A stretch of 64,000 nt of DNA from Lenisia limosa (taxonomy: Eukaryota; Protista; Breviatea). The position numbers were made by a program, and so were the translations under genes. The first letter of the stretch is position 1. Each line of letters opens with the position of its first letter. Location of the stretch: NCBI GenBank assembly GCA_001655205.1, contig LPNZ01010514.1, positions 1 to 64,000 on the forward strand, in the 5' to 3' direction. Below are positions 1-10,329 of the stretch, piece after piece. Below the pieces are notes generated by a model. The model was not told the origin of the DNA and did no database searches. It was given only the letters and a program-made list of their open reading frames with translations.

Positions 1-3000
1 GCACGGAAGGCCTTATAAGATCCTCTAGGGGGGGGGGGGTATTAAAGATATGCAAATCAAGCAAAAAAAAAATGCATGAATGCTGTTTCATGGACTTGTT
101 TGAACAAGAAATAGGACCCTCCCAACCTGTTGTTCATGAGTTCACGAAGCTCGTCGTACTTGGCCATAGACTTGCCCTTGACGCCAGCCCAGGTTTTCTT
201 GAGACGATGCACTGACGAAGACTGCAGACCCGCCACGATCTCCATGACGCTGCAGATGTTAATGTGGCCATGGCATCATAATCGTAAGGAGGGGAAAGAA
301 AACAAAATGACAAGGCAATGGGCCTATTCGGCTTGGCGCTCCCAGTACCCACCCATTGAAGTTGTTGAGCTCCCTGAAGTGGGCGGCAATCTTGATGAAC
401 TTCTCCACGACGGCCGTTCTCTGCTTCAGATTGTCGATTTGTGACACGACCTCCGTGGTCACCCAGTTGGAGACCAGGTTGAAACTAAACCGTGAGAAAT
501 ACCCAAATAAGGAAGGTTGAAACTAGATCGTGAGAAATACCCAAATAAGGAAGGTTCCTGCAGAGTTGCCATATTGAAGGCAGCCTACCGTTTAATGAAG
601 GCGCAGACATTGGGGGCACGCTTTTCCTTGTCCTTCTTCGACCAGGCTCTAGAGTGGTTAAGAAGAAATACTGTTTTCTACCACAATGATACTCAGTCTC
701 CAAGACAATACCAAGGATATCCCACCCACTGTCCCATGAACTCGGTGAGATGCACGGAGCGGAAGAAGCTGGATTCAATGAGCGTAAGGTGACGAGCAAT
801 TTCCAAGGGATTGAGCTCCATGAAGGTGGCTGGACCGCCCATGACGACGGACTTGGGGATGATGGCCTGGGGGGGGGGGNNNNNNNNNNNNNNNNNNNNN
901 NNNNNNNNNNNNNNNNNNNNNNNNNNNNNNNNNNNNNNNNNNNNNNNNNNNNNNNNNNNNNNNNNNNNNNNNNNNNNNNNNNNNNNNNNNNNNNNNNNNN
1001 NNNNNNNNNNNNNNNNNNNNNNNNNNNNNNNNNNNNNNNNNNNNNNNNNNNNNNNNNNNNNNNNNNNNNNNNNNNNNNNNNNNNNNNNNNNNNNNNNNNN
1101 NNNNNNNNNNNNNNNNNNATATTACGAAGGGGGAAAGCAATACCTTGGGAGGCTCGGTGTGGGCCTTGAGGTTGAGATGGTCAAGCTCGTTACCCTGCTT
1201 GTCCTTCTTAGCAATGAGACGGGTCAGAGTCTGGCCAAGCTTCTGCATGTACTTGTCGCTCTCGGCAAGATCGCCTTCAACAAACTTGGACAGTCTGTCC
1301 TGGGGGGGGGGGTGACAAGCTATCTCTGGTGCTGAGTTCTGCTTCAACGAAATCACGGCAAGTGTAAGAGAAGGGCAAGAGAAGGGCAAGAGAAGGACAA
1401 GAGAAGGGCAAGAGAAGGACAAGAAAAGGGCAATGATGACAAAGATGATAAGGATGACAAGGATGGTGCCAACCTTGAGGTCGTCGTTCTTGTTGAAGTC
1501 CCAGAAGAACTTCTCAATCCAGCTCTTGAGAATGGAGAACACACGGAGACGCACAGCCTTGACCTGAGGCGTCAATCCAATAAATTCGGTGTGTCCAATG
1601 GCCATTTAAACACCACCTGAAGAAAAAAAGAGTCAAATCCCACACCCCCATGTGAGTTTCAAAGCCACTCCCACACCCCCACGTGAGTTTCAAAGTAGGC
1701 CGCCTTCTCGGTCTCGTCAGTGATGTCGTCAGGAACGTGCAGGGCGCGGAAGATGTCGGAAATCTTGGTGAAAAGCTCCTCGGGTGTGAGGAACGTTCTG
1801 GAGGGTCAACAAGGAAATGCGCTACGAAGGGACGTGACGTACCTGTAAGTGAGCAGGAAAGCGGGAAGGTAGTCAGGGTCTCTGCTGGACGACTGGCACA
1901 GACGGGTGACGAGGATGTCGACGGTACCACCCTTGATGGTGGGGGCCTGGCCCTCGTTGCGGATGAGGACAAGGTTTCCTTATATGATAAGTTGCTCAGA
2001 TGTCCAGGGAGCAAAGTTTTATTACTTTTATTCCCATTGGTGTCAAACTCGTTGTTCCCTTTGAAGATCATACCTTCCTTTTCGTCGGGGTCTTCCTCCA
2101 CCTCCAATTGCTCCTCGGCTGAAACGGTGAAAACTGTCCACAAAACTTGAGACATCTCAGTGATATGATACCCCGCCCACGTCCCTCTTGCTTGCGCAGG
2201 GCCAGGTTGCTTTCCTCCAGGGCCTTGAGCTTGCTGAGTGCCTGCGGTGTAAAAAAAAAAGGTTTGTTCACTTTGGTTGCATCAACCACAAGCAATATGA
2301 AGCCCCCCCACAGCGTCAAGGTCGCCAGTCAAGTTCTTGACCTTGTTCTCGAGAGCAGTCTTGTCGGAGATGATGCTGGTGGTCTCGCGGTTGAGCCTGT
2401 TGAACTCCTTCTGGCGAGCGTCGGACTCCTTTTCGTGCGCCTAGGGGAGGGGGGTAAGGAAACAAAAAACAAAGCCCAAGGCATGAACAAGACGCAATAC
2501 GATGTTGAGAATAAGCCCCCCGCGCGCACGGCGATTTCCTCCTTGAGCATCTCCGTCTGTCCCTTGAGCTCAGCGTTCTTCTTCACCAGTTCGGAGTTGA
2601 CATTACCGGTCGCGGCCACGTTGCCAAGGTTCGAGAGGGTCTGGGGGGGAGGTCACAGCAGCCCATATTAAATAACATGTGCATGAATAACATAAAGCCT
2701 ATAACCATACCTCAAGTTCGGCAATGCGGGTCTCACGGTCCTTGAGTTTGTGGTACAACTCACTGACGGCGTTCTCAAGTCGCTGACTGCGCTCCACAGC
2801 CTGAGTGGTCAGGTTATGCCAGATTGCAAGCGGGCTTTGATCAAGAATATATCATAATCAAGCTTATATATGTATTTTATCAAAGAAGGCCTTAATCAAG
2901 CATATATACATATGTACTATATCAAAGAAGGCCTAACCAAGCATATATATCAAAGAAGGCCTTAATCAAGCATACATATCAAACAAGGCCTTAATCAAGC

Positions 3001-5620
3001 ATATAGTATATCAAAGGTCATCGCACCTGATTGAGCTCGTGGTCGACTTGCTGCTTGGCTGCGGCGGCTTGGGCTGAGTACGTCTAAAGAGTGAGCGCCA
3101 ACAGAGAATGTCAGCCACAGAATGAAGATATACTCAGGCAACCTGAAGCTGGTGGTTGTGTTGCTGCACGTTGTAGAGCTCCTGAGCCTGGGTCTGCTGC
3201 TGCTGTCTGTAGTATTGCTCAACCTGAAGCGTCAATACCACGTACGGACCCAAAGACGGCCAACCTGTCCAGACGAGTTTCTGGCCTGGTAAAGCTTGCC
3301 CTCGAGATCAGTGATCTTGGCCATGTACTTCTCGTTCTCCTCACTCATGTACTGGAGGCGCTCCTGGAGGTTGCCTTGGTTCATGTTCGAGCCCATGAGT
3401 TGCTAATACGTCAAGAGGTCATGGAAAGGGAAAAAAAAACCCCTTCCAATCCAGCACTATCCTAACTATTACCAGGCATAACCGACCTCAAGCTGAGCCA
3501 CGCGTTCCAGGGCGTTGTTCTTGTCTTCCATGACCTGCTGGATCTTCTCCTTCACCTGAACATGATAAGTAAAATCCTAGGTATAATATGTTGGAGAAAT
3601 GAGAAGAAAAAAAGTAGGGCTTCTCTATGATTCAACACACCTTGCGCTCGAGCATGAGCCTGGCGTCCTGTTGCTGCATGATCTGCTGCTGTTGCTGCAC
3701 CAGCTGGTTACGTAGTTGGTCGACATTAAGGTTGCCAGAGGAGGCACCCATGGACACCTGCGGCATGAGATCTGTCGGATGGTCTGATGATTAAGAAAAA
3801 AGCCCAGTTTTACTGTGTACCCCCAGACAGAAAACTCAACATCCCAACCTGAGTGCGGAGGTTGCGGGCTTCCTCAAGAGCCTTGTTGCGCTCTTCAACA
3901 ATCTGGGCAATCTTTTCACGGACTGGGGGGGGGGGGGGNNNNNNNNNNNNNNNNNNNNNNNNNNNNNNNNNNNNNNNNNNNNNNNNNNNNNNNNNNNNNN
4001 NNNNNNNNNNNNNNNNNNNNNNNNNNNNNNNNNNNNNNNNNNNNNNNNNNNNNNNNNNNNNNNNNNNNNNNNNNNNNNNNNNNNNNNNNNNNNNNNNNNN
4101 NNNNNNNNNNNNNNNNNNNNNNNNNNNNNNNNNNNNNNNNNNCCTCTGTTGGCTGACAACACACGAGGGATGATAACAAAAGCCCGCTTCTGCAGCACCG
4201 CATCCCATCACTCCAGCGTACATGAAGAGGGAAATTTCGATGACGAAAAGGGGTATAAACAGTAACAATACCAAAGAAACTCCTATAAAATACCAAGACA
4301 ATCCGAAGCAACCCAAGTAGTCTGACAAGAAGCAACACAATGCCACCAACCCTTGAGAGTGAGGGTCTTCTTCTCCTCCTCAACACGGGCAATGTGGGCA
4401 GCAGCGGTCTCAAGAGTCAGCGGAGTGGACGAGCCGAAGCCTGGAGAGCCGCCGGAGCCACTTGAGCCGCCGATAGAGTTCATGGAGTTCATTTGGGGGG
4501 AGTTCTAGGAGGTGACAGGGAGACAAGTACCCGTTGACCAGTACAAGGAATAAAGAAGGAGGAGGCAGTTTGAACCGCTTTTCAGGCTGCATACCTGGTA
4601 CGCACTCATGGACACGTAGTTCGAAGCGGATGCTGGGGATGCCTGAGTGTCATGTCAATAATGAGCACACCACAAAGGCAAATGGATGTTTAATAGAAGC
4701 CAATGAAGACTCAGCGCAATGCAAACACCAACCAACCTGAGGGGCAGGCATGGCAGTGGCTCCCACGGGCACGGAGCTCATGGTGGCGTAGTTGGCAGCA
4801 CCTACGGGTAAAACCAAGGAAAAAATATGATCATCCCCAATTCAGTCCTTTGAGAACTTGATTCAATGGATTTGATTCCCCACTGGTTATACTCTTTTTT
4901 TGACTCTTTTATAGTGGCTTACCAGGTTGGGGGAAGGCTTGAGCCGCGGGCATCTGAGGTTGGACTTGAGGCATTTGGGGCTGGGCATGTTGCATGACCC
5001 ACTGTTTGAGCTCCACAGTCTTGCAATAATCAATAGGGGCCTTTCCTAAAAATCCATGAATTTCAATGGGAGAAAGCCAAAGAGTGGGCTTTGGCAGAGT
5101 AGAACAAAGCAAAACGGGGAATCGCCAACCTTCCTTATTTTTAAGAGTAGGATCAGCACCATTCTGAACAAGAAGACTAACTAAACGTGTTAAAAAGGTC
5201 AGAGAGTCTAATGTTATCGGATAATCCGACTTACCGCAGCCTTGATGTCCATAGCCAAGAGCCATATGAAGAGGGGTGTTTCCAGTTGAATTTTGAACAT
5301 TAGCCTTCACTTTAGCCTGGAGAAGGTACTGAACGATAGCCTGGTGGCCATATCTGGCAGAAACATGGAGAGCAGTAGAGCCATCTATAATATAACCAAA
5401 GAGGACGGCGAAAAAACCACTCAAACCGCAACATAATTTGGTGAACTAAAAAAAACCACCCAAACAATTTTATTCCATTTATTCTTAATTACCCAGATTA
5501 AGCAACACTCTACAGCCCTTTACCTTGAGAAGCCGAGGCAGGGTTGGTTCCCGCCGAAATCAACTGATGGAGAGCGTTAAGGTCTCCCCTAGAAGCAACT
5601 TCAAGGATAGTTCCTGACAT
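1..5620 (-). CDS. Multi-exon Ras guanine-nucleotide exchange factor: N-terminal ankyrin repeats, Gln/Pro-rich and coiled-coil region, REM (RasGEF_N) and CDC25 domains; 3' end lies beyond the window start
   Basis: Exon 1 (5524-5620) reads MSGTILEVASRGDLNALHQLISAG and splices to ankyrin motifs GSTALHVSARYGH and GNTPLHMALGYGH. REM motifs TIKGGTVDILVTRL, FLLTYRSF and RVFSILKSWIEKFF follow. CDC25 motifs are ELNPLEIARHLTLIES, FIKIAAHFRELNNFN and GLQSSSVHRLKKTW. Two N gaps fall inside the gene, and single-gene continuity is inferred from exon spacing. Confidence 0.8.
481..556. repeat. 38-bp tandem duplication (2 copies) across a 3' splice site of the RasGEF gene
   Basis: gaaactaaaccgtgagaaatacccaaataaggaaggtt followed by gaaactagatcgtgagaaatacccaaataaggaaggtt (2 mismatches). 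Confidence 0.95.
1363..1430. repeat. Intronic 11-bp tandem repeat (about 5-6 copies, AAGGGCAAGAG/AAGGACAAGAG)
   Basis: Directly visible in the sequence. Confidence 0.9.
1638..1695. repeat. 31-bp-period tandem duplication across a 5' splice site of the RasGEF gene
   Basis: tcccacaccccca(t/c)gtgagtttcaaag starts at both 1638 and 1669. Confidence 0.9.
2855..3015. repeat. Intronic degenerate tandem repeat (about 5 copies of atcaaagaaggccttaatcaagcat with AT-rich spacers)
   Basis: Directly visible; lies between RasGEF coding exons. Confidence 0.9.
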
Positions 5621-5850
5621 ACTGGACACCTCTTATAAAGAAAGCCCTATCAGAAACAAAGTCAGAATTTCTTTTCCCTTCCAACCCCAAAACTAAGTAT
5701 AGATTTGGGGATCTTGGTTAACTTTGAGTGAAAAGAAGACAAAAAATACGATTTTTTTTCCAAGCTAAAAAATGATTACTTTTGATTAAGTAAGTCTTTT
5801 TGAAGGAAAATCCTTTTCCAGCCCTTTTTCGACTGAAATCAGCCTCTATC
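5621..5850. promoter_or_regulatory. Probable bidirectional promoter region (230 bp) between divergent start codons
   Basis: ATG at 5620 (-) and ATG at 5851 (+). No specific element was identified. Confidence 0.5.
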
Positions 5851-8307
5851 ATGTTTTCTCGAAGACAACAATATGAAGCAGATGATCAAACGGATGTATC
5901 TGAGGATGTTTCCATGGTAAGGTCCCAAAAGCGTAACTCTTGACTCTCTTAGCACCTCTCTACCGATCTTCGGGCGCATGTACACTCTTTAGCGGCGTAC
6001 CCGGTATTTTCACCGCAGGTCAGCTCTTACCTCCTTTTCTACATCAAATTCTCCGTTTTCCTTTAAAACAGTTTATTTTCTTTTCGAACTTTCCTTCATT
6101 CGATTGGAATGTGGCAGATCAATATGTTTCATTCGAGTCATACGCTTGTTTTTTTTTTTTTTTTTTCNNNNNNNNNNNNNNNNNNNNNNNNNNNNNNNNN
6201 NNNNNNNNNNNNNNNNNNNNNNNNNNNNNNNNNNNNCTCTTTCCGGTATGCTTATTGGTGAACAGTGGATTGAAATGACCGAGAGTCTTCAGCACATTTC
6301 TGCCATCTCAATGATGGAGGATCGTCTTCCGGAAACTGCTGAGAGGTACGGCAGTTGCTATGGGTATTTAGTTTGTGGACAATAGTCAGTTCCAATTATT
6401 GCTGCGGTTGGGATTGTCTTTTCAGCCTAATCATTTACCCGTAGGTTATTAATGAAGACAATTATGATTGTTTCCTCGTCATTGGCAGAGAAATATTCTG
6501 AGTTGACACACCAGGGGAAAGACAACGTTATGGGAACGGGATGAGCTTTCGGTTCGGTTCCTCCTGGAAGAGGGCAAATTGAACCTCTCCGTCCGCAATA
6601 TGGTAGAATTCAAGGAGTTCCAAAACAATTACAGACGAGAAAAGTCCCTATCTGTAGGGGGATTAGTGCAAGAATGATGATTCCTCTGACTGTGACCCAA
6701 TAACTCGGCAGCAAACAGCAGAGCAATCCAAAATGTCAGAACGAGTGTTTACTGACCACTGTGATGCGTTCGAAAGGGCACTGGGTTTGGGGTGATGCTT
6801 CATAAAACTTTGCATTTCTGATCGCATATAATGTTACTACAGAAAGTAAGTCTTGCGAGCAAGGATGAAGGGGGGAAATTACCTTTGTTAGGTCAGTTAC
6901 TGCAAGTTGCTTTCCTGTCAATTGAGTGCCTTCAAACAACAGATCTTCCCGTATGGGGTGATATTTTGATGCTATTGTGGGTGTCAAAGTTGTTCAGATG
7001 ATGTTAATAAGTTTATTTGTAGGTTGAAGGGATTTTCTAATCTGTAGCCAAATCACAAATCACCTGGGGGCTTCTCGAACCATAGGTTTCTTTTTATTTA
7101 TTTCTTATAATTCCTGCCCCCTCAGGTGGTGATCAGCCATTGTAGTCGCGTGCTTGAAGCGGCACAGTCGATCTCTGACCTGATGCCCTCCGTCACATCG
7201 TCATCACAGGAGGTTNNNNNNNNNNNNNNNNNNNNNNNNNNNNNNNNNNNNNNNNGATATGAATTTGTCAGATCTTTTTATTTCCGACCCTTGATCTCTT
7301 CTAGATTCTTACGTTGGACTACCTGGGGACTATCACGTGTCACCTTGAGGAGCTCAATGAAGACAGAGTGGTTGGAGGGGCATCTGGGGTATCAGGAATT
7401 CGGCTACTTTTTGATAACCTTTATAAAATGTCGAAACAGATTTTCCAATCTAGTATCATGCTATTTAACCCAACGTGAAACTACAAGCTTCACGGATCTG
7501 AATCCTCGTTCTGCAATTGACTACACAGTTGTCGGTCATTGAGGAGACAAATGTTGTTGAGTTGGTGACGCTGCATGTCCGAAAGTTTTCCGAGTTCATC
7601 CCAGAGGCTTCTCTTTGTGCCGCCTGCAAGTGTGTTCTCTGTAAATTATGAATGCTATACATATGATATTGTAGTTAACCTTTTAAGGCACATAAAAAGC
7701 ATATTTATGTCATTTGTAAAGATAATTTATCAATGCTATTTCACACATCAATTTTCAGGTGTTCAGTTAAACAAATATTGAAAATTAATCAAATATGAAT
7801 CCCTGATGATGCATCTCTGACCCCATCAGGTTCCTCTGTAATTTATCAGAATCCGAAAACTTCCTGACAGAAAAGGTATGTACTGTTTGTTTTCACTTTT
7901 GTTTATTTTGAACATATCTTATTTTCCGCCAGTTACTCTTCGATTCAATCTCACCTGTTCAGCTCAAATTTTTAAAGACAGAAGAGAGTCAGCGAGCTCT
8001 TGTTTGGTTTATGCTTCATAAGGTGGGGTTGGTTTATGCTTCATAAGGGGTTGGAGGTTGATTTTGCTTTATCCAGTGTGGTTTCTGTGTTCCTAGTTTT
8101 TTATCAATAATAGTACTATATGAGATATTTTCATGATCTCAAAAAGAAGTAATTGTTTAGGTGGCGACAACATTTGCTGCACCAGTAAAACGACAATATA
8201 ACGCTGCTTCGGACCTGGCTAGGGTGGGTGGCCGAATGATGTGAATTTTTGACTGTTTTCAGTTCTTCAAAAGAAAACTGAAGATAAGGGACGTGGCTAA
8301 TTGCTAA
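5851..8307 (+). CDS. Multi-exon uncharacterised protein
   Basis: Exons bounded by GT/AG: MFSRRQQYEADDQTDVSEDVSM, WIEMTESLQHISAISMMEDRLPE, TLWERDELSVRFLLEEGKLNLSVRNMVEFKEFQ, GQLLQVAFLSIECLQTTDLP, LLFDSISPVQLKFLKTEESQRALVWFMLHK and FFKRKLKIRDVANC*. Some internal boundaries are uncertain because of two gaps. Confidence 0.65.
8001..8050. repeat. About 25-bp tandem duplication across a 5' splice site
   Basis: ttggtttatgcttcataaggtgggg followed by ttggtttatgcttcataagggg. Confidence 0.9.
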
Positions 8308-8667
8308 TGGTGGCTGTGTTTTTAGTTATGTATGTATTAGGTGTTGAAAAATACAGTATGTATTAGTACTATCCAGGAAAAGTGGTTTGAAAGAATTGCC
8401 ATTGAGAAACAGTATGTGAAAGTGTTTTTGGTGTGTTTGTTTATCCTCTTTTTACCCCATTTCTGACTAAGAAATTGTGCTTTGAGTTTTTGGAGTTTCC
8501 CTTTGAAGTCTCATCTGGTAACTGTTATTTTTTGAGGTGATTAAATCATCTCAAAAGTCACTATGATTGAAGAATTATTGAAAATTGACTAATTGGGAGA
8601 GTAAACAAATAGACCTGTACATTACCTTCAGAAACAACATAAGAAAAGAAACATGGTAGAAATAATA

Positions 8668-10292
8668 CTACTTCGTGAATGGTACCCAACTCCAAGCATA
8701 CTCCCCCCATGACTAGAGGTCAATTAGAGAAGATGTGTTTGAATAATACAAATATTTACTGTTAAACTGAAGAACAGCACTCCCAATGCCTTACCAACCT
8801 GTTGTTTGGAGGGAGGCTCGGGTTTAGGAATTGATAATTGCTCTTTTGGCAGCTTTGGAGGCTTAGTAGCCTTCTTTCGAATAAGTTGGGTCTTTTCTTT
8901 GGCACGGTCTTGGAGTTGAATCTTCTTCTCCTTCGCCTTATCGTGAAGAAGATTGGACCTTTCTTTGGCTTTTCCTTTCAATTCGTTTTTTTTCTTGACT
9001 ATTTCTTGCAACTTCTGAAACATTTATTAATTACTAAAATAACTTCTTTCCCATTATTTAGAATTAGAAAAGATAATTTAAATTGTGACAAACATTTAAA
9101 TAATTCAAACCTCACCCTTTCCAAAGCAGTTTTCTTTGCCAATCTCTCAGCTCTGAACTGAACAAGAATATACTCCATTGACTTCCTTCCGTTGAGCATG
9201 TTATGCTGGAATCTTCAGGGTAAGTGTTAGTTGTTATGCTGGAATCTTCAGGGTAAGTATCAGTTGTTATGCTGGAATCTTCAGGATAAGTGTCAGTTGT
9301 TATGCCATTTCAAAGACCAACTTATTAATGAGAAGGTTTTCCACTTTGTTTGCAAATCGAATCATCACACGAACTCCAACACTTTGGGAAAGAAGGGTCC
9401 TAGACAATAAATGGTCTTCTGAAAAGATTTGAGGAAAATAATCAGCCCACCATTGTGGAGTTTCAGGATGCACACGATAATGTACATTTTCCCAAGCCCG
9501 AACAATTGAGGAAAAAGAAAGATTTGTCGCCCTAAGAATAATGAAAATAATGAAGAGAATGCTATCAGCCATTTCAATAAATCCTGCAAACTTTATATTA
9601 CAAACAGATCCATTGCGGTCGATCTCTGACTCTTCATGCATGTACATGAAGTTGTGACTCGGAATTAACTGGAAATGTTAAAAGAATAAAACATTATGAG
9701 ATTTTGGTAGACACAAATCAATATACGTGAAACACTTTTTCAAGGAACGAAAAAAAGTCCCAAAATCAGGGAAGAGAGCAAGAAAATTCAGCCCACATAT
9801 GACAGAAGAGAAGGCACTTTCTGTTTTGATGTCAAAAGTCGATGAGTGTGGAGATTTCCAGTCTTTTCATCCACCCATCTACGTTGTCATTGTTGTTTGG
9901 TGTATTATCATTATATGCATACCGCAATAACAGAGTAAACTGCATTAAGAGAAAATACTGATGAACAGCTTACATATCAAGAATATCAGCCCTGAGAACA
10001 TGTGGAGAATAGGAACTTGGGTACTTGAAGAAATGGGACAGGGTTACTTCAGCCCATGGGTGTCTAAACGGTAAACTGCAGGTTAAGTTCTGTGCTCTAA
10101 AAAGTGGTATTGTTTTGAGTGCTTATATTTATAAAAATACAGTCGCTTTTTTACTACATGATATGTCAAAAATTCAGGCAAAAGTTTGGCAAAATATCAC
10201 CTCATATTGTTGACAAGCCTGATTCAAGCTGACAAAACAAAATGACAAAATGAGTCTCACTTGTATGTGTAGTCTTCAACAGTTCGTTTCAT
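8668..10292 (-). CDS. PRELI/MSF1 (Ups/PRELID) family mitochondrial lipid-transfer protein with Lys-rich LEA-like tail
   Basis: The spliced translation gives MKRTVEDYTYKHPWAEVTLSHFFKYPSSYSPHVLRADILDIWVDEKTGNLHTHRLL, then ATNLSFSSIVRAWENVHYRVHPETPQWTLLSQ, then NKFQHNMLNGRKSMEYIL. These match the PRELI consensus motifs HPW..V, KYPNP...HV, LHTHRLL, TN.SF, HP..P..T and GR..ME. Confidence 0.85.
9200..9306. repeat. 33-bp tandem repeat (3 copies) across a 3' splice site of the PRELI gene
   Basis: gttatgctggaatcttcagg(g/a)taagt(g/a)t(t/c)agtt repeated three times. Confidence 0.95.
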
Positions 10293-10329
10293 TGCGAGAG
10301 GAAAGGCAAAATCGTCAATGTCAGCATAA

